DNA of 64,000 bases from Escherichia phage vB_EcoM_PTE-Eco09: the sequence record PQ306574.1; one strand, given 5' to 3'. Both the position numbers and the translations under genes were made by a program. The first letter of the stretch is position 1, and every line of letters begins with the position of its first letter. The notes under the pieces are model-generated. The model worked only from the letters and a program-made list of their open reading frames with translations. It searched no databases and had not been told where the DNA came from. Below are positions 1 to 9,784 of the stretch, one piece after another.

Positions 1-1
1 A

Positions 2-499
2 AAGCTAGTTCTTGAAAAATATCACCGTGGATTTGTAACAGAAATGTTGAAGGATTCCGGTGTTAAGGCGTCTATCGTCAAGAAATATATTCCATATTTC
101 AATGATCGGATTGCGTATTATCTTGATATCATGGAAGCGGATTATATCTTTACGCTAGATGAAGAGTTTAACGAAACAATCAAATCACGGGGGCGTGAAT
201 CGTTTTCGTATACATCGTTCAGTCAAGGCGAAAAAGCACGTATTGACCTTGCGATGCTCTTTACATGGCGTGATGTTGCTGGTAAAGTATCTGGTACTAA
301 CATTTCTTTGTTGGTACTCGACGAAATTTATGATGGGGCTACGGACGTTCAAGGCGTAAAAGCACTTGATTCCATCATTGACAAGTTAGATGATAACGTG
401 TATATTATCAGCCATCGTGACCATAACCCTGATGATTTTAGCCGTCATCTCAAGATGGTTAAACGTGGGCGATTCACTGAAATGAATGTTAACATTTGA
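2..499 (+). CDS. 46: C-terminal part of recombination endonuclease subunit gp46 (5' end outside window)
   Basis: Frame open from the window edge; sits immediately upstream of 45-44-62-regA-43 as in T4. Assignment mainly by synteny. Confidence 0.5.
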   Translation, partial: KLVLEKYHRGFVTEMLKDSGVKASIVKKYIPYFNDRIAYYLDIMEADYIFTLDEEFNETIKSRGRESFSYTSFSQGEKARIDLAMLFTWRDVAGKVSGTNISLLVLDEIYDGATDVQGVKALDSIIDKLDDNVYIISHRDHNPDDFSRHLKMVKRGRFTEMNVNI

Positions 500-716
500 C
501 AGAGTAACGCAGCCGGAGTTAGAATTGTATACCTTAATCAATCTATATTCCGGTGAAGAATATGTAGTTAGTATGGGGGATATGAAAAACAGCATATACA
601 GCGATGAAGACATAACAAAAATGTTGTCTTGTCGTCATCATGAGTTTATGCTGGTCCCAAACTTTGATAAACTTGATTACCCTGATGCTGGGGTTGCAAC
701 AAACTTTAGAACGTGA
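486..716 (+). CDS. hypothetical small protein
   Basis: 76-aa ORF between 46 and 45, where T4 has small 45.2-type ORFs. Confidence 0.4.
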   Translation: MLTFDRVTQPELELYTLINLYSGEEYVVSMGDMKNSIYSDEDITKMLSCRHHEFMLVPNFDKLDYPDAGVATNFRT

Positions 717-731
717 TATACTGATTTTATT

Positions 732-1124
732 TTGGAGATTAATATTATGACTACTTCCGCAAACCTGGCTAAAATTACTGTAGCAGACATTCAGAACAAG
801 AAAACCAGTCTCGAATTTGACCGAGCAATGAACAAGATCCGTAAAGCGTGGGTACTACAAATGCCGGAAAGCGAGAAAGCTAAAATGAAGGTTATCCCGC
901 AGCAAGCACGCTTTGAACTGTACGCGCATATTGATGATATGGTGCAAAAAGAATGGATCGCGGCAATGCGCAAGTATTACGATGATTCAATTGCTAAAGG
1001 CGCTAAAACTATTCGAGGTAAAGATATTCTCGAAAAGGGTTATCAGATTGATACTGATGAACTGCTGATTGAAGCCGCTAGCGTAGTAGTAACTCGTCTA
1101 ATCGCAATTGCTGATGGGAAGTGA
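732..1124 (+). CDS. hypothetical protein (size and position consistent with RpbA)
   Basis: 130-aa ORF upstream of gene 45; T4 rpbA occupies this position. No motif recognised. Confidence 0.45.
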   Translation: MEINIMTTSANLAKITVADIQNKKTSLEFDRAMNKIRKAWVLQMPESEKAKMKVIPQQARFELYAHIDDMVQKEWIAAMRKYYDDSIAKGAKTIRGKDILEKGYQIDTDELLIEAASVVVTRLIAIADGK

Positions 1125-1128
1125 TAGA

Positions 1129-1506
1129 ATGAAACGTATGAGCTTAAAAGAACAAATGCTATTCATCCTACAAAATAGTAAATTATGTCATATTCCGTTT
1201 GACTATATCAAAGATAATGATGTAATGAACTACCGTCACGGGATAGAGTGTATTGAGTGGTATTTTGTTCTAGATAAATTTGTTGATGATGTGATTCGTC
1301 GTAAACTTGCGTTTGATGTTCGTGGTGATCTGGTATATCTCGACGGCAAAAAGACCGCAAAGAATCCTGTTACTGTCTATGCTCTGCAACAATACTTGAC
1401 AGCTTACATTGGATTGAAGTATACTCACTCATCCGACAAGGAAGCCGAGAAAAAATTTATCGAAAGAATGCTAAAGATTCAAAATGAGCACGAAGTAAAC
1501 CCGTAA
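1129..1506 (+). CDS. hypothetical protein
   Basis: ORF with ATG at 1129; the track ORF 1108-1506 begins at a non-ATG codon. Confidence 0.45.
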   Translation: MKRMSLKEQMLFILQNSKLCHIPFDYIKDNDVMNYRHGIECIEWYFVLDKFVDDVIRRKLAFDVRGDLVYLDGKKTAKNPVTVYALQQYLTAYIGLKYTHSSDKEAEKKFIERMLKIQNEHEVNP

Positions 1507-1536
1507 TTAATTGATTAACATGATAAAGGTGATTTG

Positions 1537-2223
1537 ATGAAACTGACTAAAGAAACCATTGCTACCCTGAAAAACTTTTCCGCTATTAACCCAGGTATCA
1601 TCCTGAAAAAAGGAAACGTCCTAATCACCAAAAACATGACAAACGTTGTATATGGTGAAGCGACTCTGAATCAAGAACTGGAACACGAAATCGGGATCTA
1701 TGATCTTAACTCTTTCTTGGGTATTCTGAATCTGGTAGGCGATGAAGCAGATATTACGGTTGATGACCGCACTGGTAACATTCGTGTGTCTAATGATCGT
1801 CTGAAAATTAATTACCCTGGTGCTAGTGCTGCTGCTATCGTATCACCGAAAGGCCGAGTTACTCCACCTGCAAGCGATGTAGATTACGAACTGAGCAACG
1901 ACGATCTGAAACAGCTTATGAAAATGAGCAATCAGCTTAAAGTGGATCGCCTTGAATTTCTTCCGATTGATGGTCGTCTGATGATCAAAGGTTGGGAAGA
2001 GATTGACAAAAATAATCCTAATGAGATGTTTTGTCTTGATATGGGCGAATATACCGGAACCGCAGACTTCCATTTCTTTATTCGTAAAGATAACATGAAA
2101 CTGGTTGCTACTGACTTCGGCGATTACAAACTGAGCTTCACTCGCCGTAAGGCTGTATGGCTGGCAAGTGAAACCGTATCTTATATGATCGCGTGTGACC
2201 TTGACTCCAGCTACACCGACTAA
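1537..2223 (+). CDS. 45: sliding clamp gp45
   Basis: 228 aa starting MKLTKETIATLKNF, close to T4 gp45 (MKLSKDTTALLKNF); correct size and position upstream of gene 44. Confidence 0.85.
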   Translation: MKLTKETIATLKNFSAINPGIILKKGNVLITKNMTNVVYGEATLNQELEHEIGIYDLNSFLGILNLVGDEADITVDDRTGNIRVSNDRLKINYPGASAAAIVSPKGRVTPPASDVDYELSNDDLKQLMKMSNQLKVDRLEFLPIDGRLMIKGWEEIDKNNPNEMFCLDMGEYTGTADFHFFIRKDNMKLVATDFGDYKLSFTRRKAVWLASETVSYMIACDLDSSYTD

Positions 2224-2235
2224 TATAATGTTTGT

Positions 2236-2260
2236 GGGGAGTATAAATACTCCCCGTTTT
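2236..2260 (+). terminator. intrinsic terminator after gene 45; loop contains TATAAATA
   Basis: GGGGAGTA-TAAA-TACTCCCC perfect hairpin followed by GTTTT. Confidence 0.55.
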
Positions 2261-2288
2261 AATGATGTAATTTGTGAGAGGTGATTAT

Positions 2289-3263
2289 ATGCTGAGTGTT
2301 AATGAAAATGAGTTTCAGTGGGAACAGAAATACCGTCCGAAATCAATTTCTGAATGTATTCTGCCGGAAGCAGATAAAAAGATCTTCGCGCAGATTGTTA
2401 AGCAAGGCCGAATCCCTTCAATGATTCTGCATAGCCCATCGCCGGGTACTGGTAAAACAACCGTTGCTAAGGCGCTTTGCGAAGATGTGGGTGTTGATTA
2501 TCTGTTTGTTAACGGCGCAGATTGTAAGATTGATTTTATCCGCGATGAGATTACACGCTTTGCGCAGAGTGTATCACTCGATGAAGAAAAAAGAGAAAAA
2601 GGCAAAGTTGTTATTATCGATGAGTATGACCGAGCGGGGTTGGCTGACGCTCAAAGACACTTGCGTAGTTTCTCTGAGGCATACTCAAACAATGTGACAT
2701 TCATTATCACAGCAAACGATCTAGAAGGTATTATCCCAGCGTTACGATCTCGATTTGACCCCATAACGTTTGGATCTCCGACTAAAGATGATCAGCTTCG
2801 CATGATGAAAGAAATGATCGTCCGGTGTAAAGCAATTCTTGATAAAGAAGGTGTGCCAGTAGAAGAAATGCGCGTATTAGCGGAACTGGTTAAACAGAAC
2901 TTCCCAGACTTCCGACGCGTAATGAAACTTTTGGACCGCTACGCTAAACATGGTAAAATTGATGCTGGCGTATTGAGCATGGTTATCGAAAGTAGCAATA
3001 CCGAAGTAACCGATGTGGTGGAAGCACTTAAAACTAAACAGTTTGCTAATGTGCGTAAACTTGCGCCGCGATATACCAATACATACGCTCAATTTGTCAA
3101 GAAACTTTATAATGAGTTGTATACTCAAGTTAAGCCAGCGTCTATTATTCGTCTGACCGAGATTATTGGTGAAAATAATCAGATGTTTGCACACGCGGCT
3201 GATAAAGAGATTCACATTGTCTTTTTGTTAATGCAATTAATGGTTGAATTGGAGTTCGTATAA
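2289..3263 (+). CDS. 44: clamp loader large subunit gp44 (AAA+)
   Basis: Walker A SPSPGTGKTT, DEYDR box, SRF motif; ATG at 2289 with RBS. The track ORF starts at an upstream GTG. Confidence 0.9.
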   Translation: MLSVNENEFQWEQKYRPKSISECILPEADKKIFAQIVKQGRIPSMILHSPSPGTGKTTVAKALCEDVGVDYLFVNGADCKIDFIRDEITRFAQSVSLDEEKREKGKVVIIDEYDRAGLADAQRHLRSFSEAYSNNVTFIITANDLEGIIPALRSRFDPITFGSPTKDDQLRMMKEMIVRCKAILDKEGVPVEEMRVLAELVKQNFPDFRRVMKLLDRYAKHGKIDAGVLSMVIESSNTEVTDVVEALKTKQFANVRKLAPRYTNTYAQFVKKLYNELYTQVKPASIIRLTEIIGENNQMFAHAADKEIHIVFLLMQLMVELEFV

Positions 3264-3841
3264 TGTTAGGTCAATTTTTCGGTGAAGATGATACACAATT
3301 AAACGAGCATGAAATTGCATGGCGCTCTCGTGATTGGGAAAAGGTGTCTGAATTAGCGGATACATTCACCGAGAAAACCGACAATGCATTATTTGCTCTG
3401 ATGGATCATATCACCTTAGATAAACAGCGCGTTAATGTGGGAAACAATTCTGCATATAACCAGAGATGGATTAACACCGCTCTTTCCCAGCACGCAGATT
3501 GCCTATATAGCGCGTATGTGATGAATTTAATCGGTCATGGCCTCCCAGATCAAATGCATTTTGATTATCTCTTACAGAGTATTTCTAAGGGGAAACGATA
3601 CGGTAAATGGGCTAAACTAACAGAAGAATTGGACCAAAAATTGGTTTTAATGGCAGTGGCGAAAGCATATTGTGTAAATATGGATGACGCCCGGTTTTAT
3701 CTCGATTTGGCTAATGAAAAGGGATATATGGACAAGTTATTGAAGCACATTAAACCGTATGCGACCGATGAACTTTTGGCGGGTGTTACTAAGAATCAGA
3801 CAGAAAGGAAACGACTTAAAAAGATTATAGAAAGGTGGTAA
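3263..3841 (+). CDS. 62: clamp loader small subunit gp62
   Basis: 192 aa; TAATG overlap with gene 44; QLNEHEIAW and GKRYGKWAKL match remembered T4 gp62. Confidence 0.85.
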   Translation: MLGQFFGEDDTQLNEHEIAWRSRDWEKVSELADTFTEKTDNALFALMDHITLDKQRVNVGNNSAYNQRWINTALSQHADCLYSAYVMNLIGHGLPDQMHFDYLLQSISKGKRYGKWAKLTEELDQKLVLMAVAKAYCVNMDDARFYLDLANEKGYMDKLLKHIKPYATDELLAGVTKNQTERKRLKKIIERW

Positions 3842-3842
3842 A

Positions 3843-4205
3843 ATGATTGAAATTAATTTGATTAGTCCTGAAAACTTCCTTAAAATTAAGGAAACTTTAA
3901 CCCGCTGCGGCATTGCCAACAATCGAGACAAGACGCTGTATCAGTCTTGTCATATTCTCCAGAAGAAAGGGCGCTATTACATCGTTCATTTCAAGGAGTT
4001 GTTGAAATTAGATGGTCGTAGTGTTAAAATGACGTGGGAAGATGAATTACGCCGTAATAACATTGCAAAACTTCTTGCGCAGTGGAATCTGTGTACCCTG
4101 ATTGATAGTGATTTTGAAACTACCGAAGTTAATAATTTCCGTGTACTGTCTTTCAAACAGAAAGAAGAGTGGACGCTGATCGAGAAATATCAGATCGGGC
4201 GATAA
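3843..4205 (+). CDS. regA: translational repressor RegA
   Basis: 120 aa; MIEINL...KETLTRCGIANNRDKTLYQSCHILQKKG closely matches T4 RegA. Confidence 0.9.
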   Translation: MIEINLISPENFLKIKETLTRCGIANNRDKTLYQSCHILQKKGRYYIVHFKELLKLDGRSVKMTWEDELRRNNIAKLLAQWNLCTLIDSDFETTEVNNFRVLSFKQKEEWTLIEKYQIGR

Positions 4206-4226
4206 GATACTGATGGGATAGGGGTA

Positions 4227-4255
4227 TTGACAAACTAAGTCGATTCCCCTATAAT
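4227..4255 (+). promoter_or_regulatory. sigma70-like early promoter upstream of gene 43
   Basis: TTGACA-17 nt-TATAAT; inverted repeat ATAGGGG...CCCCTAT spans the -35/-10 region. Confidence 0.5.
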
Positions 4256-4287
4256 GAGTGTCTTTCGTAAGTGAAGGAGTTTATATT

Positions 4288-5489
4288 ATGTATTTTCTGT
4301 CATGTGAGCGAGTGGGTGATAAGATCTACGAGCGTTATATTGATGATGCTGGACAAGAACAAGAGCGTTACGTTGAATATACGCCAACTTTATTTCATCA
4401 TGCCGCGCCTGGTATGGTTACGAATTATAAAGATATCTATGGCAAGCCTTGCATTGCTAAAAAATTCCCATCTATGAACGAGGCCAACAAATGGCGTAAA
4501 AAGATGGGAGAAATGGGGCAGGAGGCACTAGGGATGGATGATTTTATCATCTCCTATCTGTCTGATACGTATAAAGGCGAGATTCGATATGACCGAAATA
4601 AAATCCGTGTAGCATGGGTTGATATCGAGGTCACTGCCCCAGAATTTCCTAAACCAGAAGAAGCGAAATATCCTATCGATGCAATTACGCATTATGATTC
4701 CGTACATGATCGTTTCTTTGTATTTGACTTGAAAGGAAAAAACGGTGAAATCTGGGAAGCAAGCAAGTCTATTCTTCGACCTGATATTGTAGAGCGCGTT
4801 GTTTATAACGTCTATGACACAGAAGATGAATTGCTGTTAGAATACATCCGATTCTTTGAGGAAAACCGACCCGTTGGTTTCACTGGCTGGAACACAGAAA
4901 CATTCGATATTCCATATATCATTAAACGTATCAGTAATAAGTTCGGAAGTAGAACCGCTAACCGTCTAAGCCCGTGCGGTAAGATTAAATCCAGAATCTC
5001 ACAGGATGATTTTGGCAACGAGCGTGAAGCATTTACGATCATGGGGATCGAAAGCCTTGATTATATTGACCTGTACAAGAAATTTAGCTTTACGACTCAA
5101 CCAACATATGCGTTAGATTATGTTGCTGAATATGAGACAGGAATCGGTAAGGTTGATTATGATGGTCCGTTAAAGAAATTGCGTGATGACAACCATCAAC
5201 TTTACATCGATTATAACATCGGCGACGTTGATCGTGTGCTGGCGATTGATAAAAAGCGTGGATTTATCGATCTTGTGTATAGTCTATGTTTCTATGCAAA
5301 GATTAAATTTAACCATGTTTATAACCCGATGAAAGTATGGGATGCTATTATCTTCGGATCTCTGAAAGCTGAGGGTAAAGTAGTACCGGAAAATAAGATA
5401 CAGCCTAAGCAGACTTATCCTGGCGCATTTGTAAAAGAACCTGTGCCGAATGCTTACCGCTGGATGATGAGTTTTGACCTTACTTCCCT
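4288..5489 (+). CDS. 43: DNA polymerase gp43, exon 1 (N-terminal/exonuclease half, ends within the SLYPS motif)
   Basis: MYFLSCERVGDKIYERYID matches the T4 gp43 N-terminus; FDIEV exo motif. The frame hits a stop 7 nt after the proposed 5' splice site. Confidence 0.9.
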
Positions 5490-6602
5490 AAACTGATATG
5501 GGGCTTTCACTGGTGACAGTGATCGAATAACCTGCTTAATTGCTGGGAAATCTCTAAGGAGACAATCAGCAGCAGTTGCATTTTGAGCTAACGTGTCTTA
5601 TAATGTATATAAATATTGATATACATTGGAGGCGCGAGATGAAAGACATTTTAAGAAAGTACGAAATACATAACGAGGAAGCATTAAACGACTACATTAA
5701 ACTGGTGTCTAATCCGTATCAGGGTGAAGAATATTCCGAGGTGCATCATATATGCCCGAAGTCAATGTTCCCTGAATATCTGTTAGATAAATGGAATCTT
5801 GTTAGGCTTAAGTTTGAAGACCACGTAGAGGCGCATCGGTTATTGTGATTAATATTCAATAACGGTGAATGCAAGAGAGCATATGCTTTCATCTCTAGAG
5901 GATCTTATGACGATAAAGTGAAGGCGTTAACCAAAGATGCATTCGCTGGAGACAATAACCCAGCCAAGCGAGAGGAAGTTAGACTGAAAATATCCGAAAA
6001 CAAGACCGGAAAAGCCAGAACCGATATGAGCGGAAAGAAGTATTTCGGGGCTGATGAGGACATTATACGAAAAGGTCTTGATTCTATGGCAGAAAAGCTA
6101 AAGAATACTGTTATCGTTAAGGATAAGGAAGGAAATCGGTTTAGAGTTAGTTGTGATGATCCTAGATATGTTTCCGGTGAGTTAGTATCATTTAATGCTG
6201 GAGAGAAGCGCGAAAATTCAGCGTCTAAACGACCGGAAGTTATGAGTAAAATAATGTCAAAACGTAATGAAACTTATGCTAAATTTGCAAGTTTCACATT
6301 TGATGAAATGGTGAATTTTCTTGTTGAAGCACATAATTCAGGAAAAGAGATCTTTGGTAAGAAGAAACCTTTTGCCAAGAATTATAGCGGATACTGTAAG
6401 AGAACCCCGTTTGATCAAAATGAGCTTAAAGATGCAGTTGTTCAACGACTATCGAAAGGGTAACGAACCGAGTAGAGTAGAATCAAGCGATTCGAAATGG
6501 CAGGATTCTCTATGAGAATGTGATATAGTCTGATCTACATGGTGACATGTAGCAGTTCGCAAGAGAACGGGCGCGGGAGTAGCGAACCGCGCTGAACATA
6601 TG
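5490..6602 (+). mobile_element. putative group I self-splicing intron in gene 43
   Basis: U at 5489 can pair with G5500 (P1: CCCU/GGGG); terminal G at 6602; P10 pairing GAUAU (5495-5499) with exon 2 GUAUC (6603-6607). Core-like elements AAUUGCUGGGAAA, AAUCAGCAG and GAUAUAGUC; GNRA hairpins. Joining the exons restores TSL-YPSIIRQVNISPETI. Confidence 0.65.
5639..6463 (+). pseudogene. intron-encoded HNH homing endonuclease with NUMOD3-like C-terminal region, interrupted by an in-frame TGA (5846-5848)
   Basis: HNH-like motif EVHHICPKS...NLVRL...HVEAH in the first 69 codons; the same frame continues after the TGA into NUMOD3-like NPAKREEVRLKISENKTGK. RBS GGAGG before ATG 5639. Confidence 0.6.
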
Positions 6603-8079
6603 GTATCCATCAATCATCCGTCAGGTTAATATTTCGCCGGAAACAATCGCCGGATCTTTTGATGCTGCACCGATGCACGAGTATATCAATAAAACTGCCC
6701 CGCGTCCGAGTGATGAGTATTCTTGCTCTCCTAACGGATGGATGTATAGAAAAGATATTCACGGTATCGTACCGATTGAGATTAAAAAGGTATTCGATCA
6801 GCGTAAGCAGTACAAAAACATGATGTTGGCATGTGATCGCAATGCTGAACTCTGTAAAGCGATTCTACACGATGAAAATCATGTTTATGGGGGAACCATT
6901 AGCTATAGCGTTGAAGTACGTCACGACTTTGATGAAGCGTTTAAATCGATGCTTTCTGAATTAAGTAAAGATGCCTTAGAGAAATTGCTGGAAGAATGTA
7001 AAGACGAGTCGATCTTGTGCAATACAAACCAGCTTTCTCGAAAAGTTTTGATCAACTCCCTTTATGGTGCGTTGGGGAATCCTAAATTCCGTTTTTATGA
7101 TCTCCGTAACGCTAGTGCGATCACCTTGTTTGGTCAGCTTGCAATTCAGTGGATTGAGCGTAAGATTAACGAATACTTAAACGAGCTTTGCGGAACAACC
7201 GATTTTGCATATGTTCGTTATTGTGATACTGACTCCGTTTATGTGCTGGTTAACAATGTTGTTGATAAGGTTGGCGGGGAAGACCGTTTCGACGATACCG
7301 AAAAACTTGTTGACTTCCTTGATAATTTCGGTAAACATCGAATGGAACCTATTATCGACAAGGGATATCGCGAGTTATGCGAGTACATGAACAACTATGA
7401 GCACTTGATGTTTATGGACCGTGAGGCAATTGCTGGTCCTCCGTTGAAATCTGCGGGTATCGGTGGATTCTGGACTGGCAAAAAGCGTTATGCTCTTAAT
7501 GTTTGGGATATGGAAGGAACGCGCTTTGCTGAACCTAAGCTAAAAATCATGGGCTTGGAAACGCAACGTAGCTCCACCCCTAAAGCATGTCAGAAATCAC
7601 TGAAAGAATGTATTCGCCGTATGTTGCAGGAAGGTGAAGAGTCATTGCAGGAATACTACGGTATTTTTGAGCAAGAATTTAGAAAACTTGATTATCTTGA
7701 GGTTGCTGCGGTATCATCTGCAAACAACCTACAGAAATACAGCGATTCAAACGGGTATCCGATTAAGGGTTGTCCGTATGCGGTTAAGAGTGTATTGTGT
7801 TATAATCGTAATGCTCGAAAATTCGGACTAGATCCAATTCGTGAGGGCGAGAAGGTTATGATTGTACCGCTGAAAGATCGAAATCCGTTTGGAGAAATCT
7901 GTTTTGGTTGGTTGTCCGGTACTCGTATTCCTCCAGAAATTGAATCAGAGGTGTTAAAGTGGTTAGACTGGCCTTTGTTGTTTAATAAGACTTTCGTCAA
8001 ACCACTGGAGAACATTACCACGGCTGCAAAGCTGCAATATGAGAAAGTTGCTTCTCTGACTGACCTGTTTGACATTTAA
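6603..8079 (+). CDS. 43: DNA polymerase gp43, exon 2 (polymerase half)
   Basis: Frame is open from 6583 and encodes YPSIIRQVNISPETIAG upstream of the first Met (6673). Contains YGALG, DTDS motifs; C-terminal SLTDLFDI resembles the clamp-binding tail. Confidence 0.9.
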
Positions 8080-8140
8080 GATAAAGTGTGTATAATGGCG
8101 GGTGTTGGGTGACGATACCCGCCAACGTGAGAAATATACG

Positions 8141-8329
8141 ATGAGAGACATTGAAAAGATTAAACGTGAACGTGAGGAAGGCATAGAGCATTTCAAGAAA
8201 GTTCACGGAAATCACAGCAACGAAGTATTTGTGACGATCGATGTTGATGCGATGAAAAAGTTAATTCAAGAGCACTACAAAGATCGAATAACAATGAAGC
8301 AATTAAAGTATTACGGATTAACTGAATAG
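8141..8329 (+). CDS. hypothetical protein
   Basis: 62-aa ORF with ATG at 8141 between 43 and uvsX. Confidence 0.4.
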   Translation: MRDIEKIKREREEGIEHFKKVHGNHSNEVFVTIDVDAMKKLIQEHYKDRITMKQLKYYGLTE

Positions 8330-8340
8330 AGGTATTAATA

Positions 8341-9411
8341 ATGTCTGTACTGGAAAAACTGAAAAAGAACTCTACCCTGAAAACTACTGCGGTACTGTCT
8401 AAATCCAGCTTCTTTAACGAAAAAACAAATACTCGCACTAAGATCCCGATGCTGAATATTGCGTTTTCAGGTGATCTTAAAAAAGGCTTTCAATCTGGTC
8501 TGATTTTCTTTGCTGGTCCGTCTAAGCACTTTAAATCAAACATGGGATTAACTTGCGTTAGTGCATACATGAAACAGAATCCTGATGCGGCGTGCTTGTT
8601 CTTTGATTCTGAGTTTGGTATTACGTCCGTTTATCTTGAATCTATGGGTGTAGATCCTGATCGCGTGGTGCATGTTCCAATCAAGAACATCGAAGAACTG
8701 AAATTTGAAATCATGAACCAGCTTGAGCAAATTACCCGTGAAGATAAAGTGATCATCTTTATTGACTCAATCGGTAACTTAGCAAGCAAAAAAGAAGTTG
8801 AAGACGCGATTAATGAGAAATCAGCGCAGGATATGACGCGAGCTAAAGCACTTAAAGGCTTGTTCCGTATGGTTACGCCGTATCTGACTATGAATGATAT
8901 CCCGTGCATCGCTATTAACCACACTTACGAAACGCAAGAAATGTTTAGTAAGACCGTTATGTCCGGCGGTACGGGCGCGATGTATTCAGCCAATGAAGTT
9001 TTCATTATTGGTCGTCGTCAGCAGAAAGAAGGAACCGAAATTACTGGTTATGATTTTATCCTGAATGCGGAAAAATCACGAACCGTTAAAGAAAAATCTA
9101 AGTTCCCGATTAGCGTAACATTTAGCGGTGGTATCGATCCTTATTCCGGGTTGCTGGAATTGGCTGTAGAGTTAGGCTGGGTAGTGAAACCGTCAAACGG
9201 CTGGTATTCTCGTTCAATCCTAAATACCGAGACCGGAGAGATGGAAACCGAAGAACGCAAGTTCCGTGCTAAAGAAACCAATAGCATTGAGTTCTGGAAA
9301 CCACTTCTGACAAACGATAAGTTTAACGAAGCAATCAACGATCATTATAAGCTGGGGCAAGTGATCAGCGACGAAGCAGTTGACAAAGAAATCGAAGATA
9401 TGTTAGCATAA
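8341..9411 (+). CDS. uvsX: recombinase UvsX (RecA-like)
   Basis: 356 aa; long colinear match to remembered T4 UvsX (GPSKHFKSN, IAINHTYETQEMFSKTVM, GGIDPYSGLL). Confidence 0.95.
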   Translation: MSVLEKLKKNSTLKTTAVLSKSSFFNEKTNTRTKIPMLNIAFSGDLKKGFQSGLIFFAGPSKHFKSNMGLTCVSAYMKQNPDAACLFFDSEFGITSVYLESMGVDPDRVVHVPIKNIEELKFEIMNQLEQITREDKVIIFIDSIGNLASKKEVEDAINEKSAQDMTRAKALKGLFRMVTPYLTMNDIPCIAINHTYETQEMFSKTVMSGGTGAMYSANEVFIIGRRQQKEGTEITGYDFILNAEKSRTVKEKSKFPISVTFSGGIDPYSGLLELAVELGWVVKPSNGWYSRSILNTETGEMETEERKFRAKETNSIEFWKPLLTNDKFNEAINDHYKLGQVISDEAVDKEIEDMLA

Positions 9412-9421
9412 CAATGGTAGT

Positions 9422-9446
9422 AAAGGGGCTACGTGCCCCTTTTTCA
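9422..9446 (+). terminator. intrinsic terminator after uvsX
   Basis: AAAGGGGC-TACG-TGCCCCTTT hairpin followed by TTTTTC. Confidence 0.5.
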
Positions 9447-9466
9447 TATCTAGAGAGGATTATATT

Positions 9467-9784
9467 ATGGATAAGAAACCAACAAGTTTAGAAGAAGCAC
9501 ACGGCTTGATTCAAGAAGCAATGAAGACAGTTATTCAGGAACTGATAATTGTTGATGAAGAGGGAGAACATCATATTGTCTATATTCATAATGTTGAATA
9601 CGATACAGACACTAAAGGTATTGTGGTCGACTACTCCACGCCGTCAGATCGTGATGTGGTATATCCACACGTCATTAAGGCGTTAACCGCGCAGATCAAA
9701 GAAGCAGAAGAAAAGTTGAAAAAAGAAACTTTCTGGTATAAACTCAAGACCTTTGTTATGCGTGTAGTTGGGGGCTATGTATGA
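9467..9784 (+). CDS. hypothetical protein; position matches gene 40
   Basis: 105 aa with hydrophobic C-terminus, located between uvsX and 41. Confidence 0.4.
   Translation: MDKKPTSLEEAHGLIQEAMKTVIQELIIVDEEGEHHIVYIHNVEYDTDTKGIVVDYSTPSDRDVVYPHVIKALTAQIKEAEEKLKKETFWYKLKTFVMRVVGGYV

Noticed and set aside
4258-8079. Gene 43 as a genuinely split two-subunit polymerase (43A/43B) with an inserted free-standing endonuclease gene
   Set aside because: The exon 2 frame is open for 30 codons upstream of its first Met and encodes the conserved YPSIIRQVNISPETI segment missing from exon 1, and the junctions satisfy the U/G and P1/P10 rules. An intron explains this better, though the split-gene alternative is not fully excluded without RNA data.
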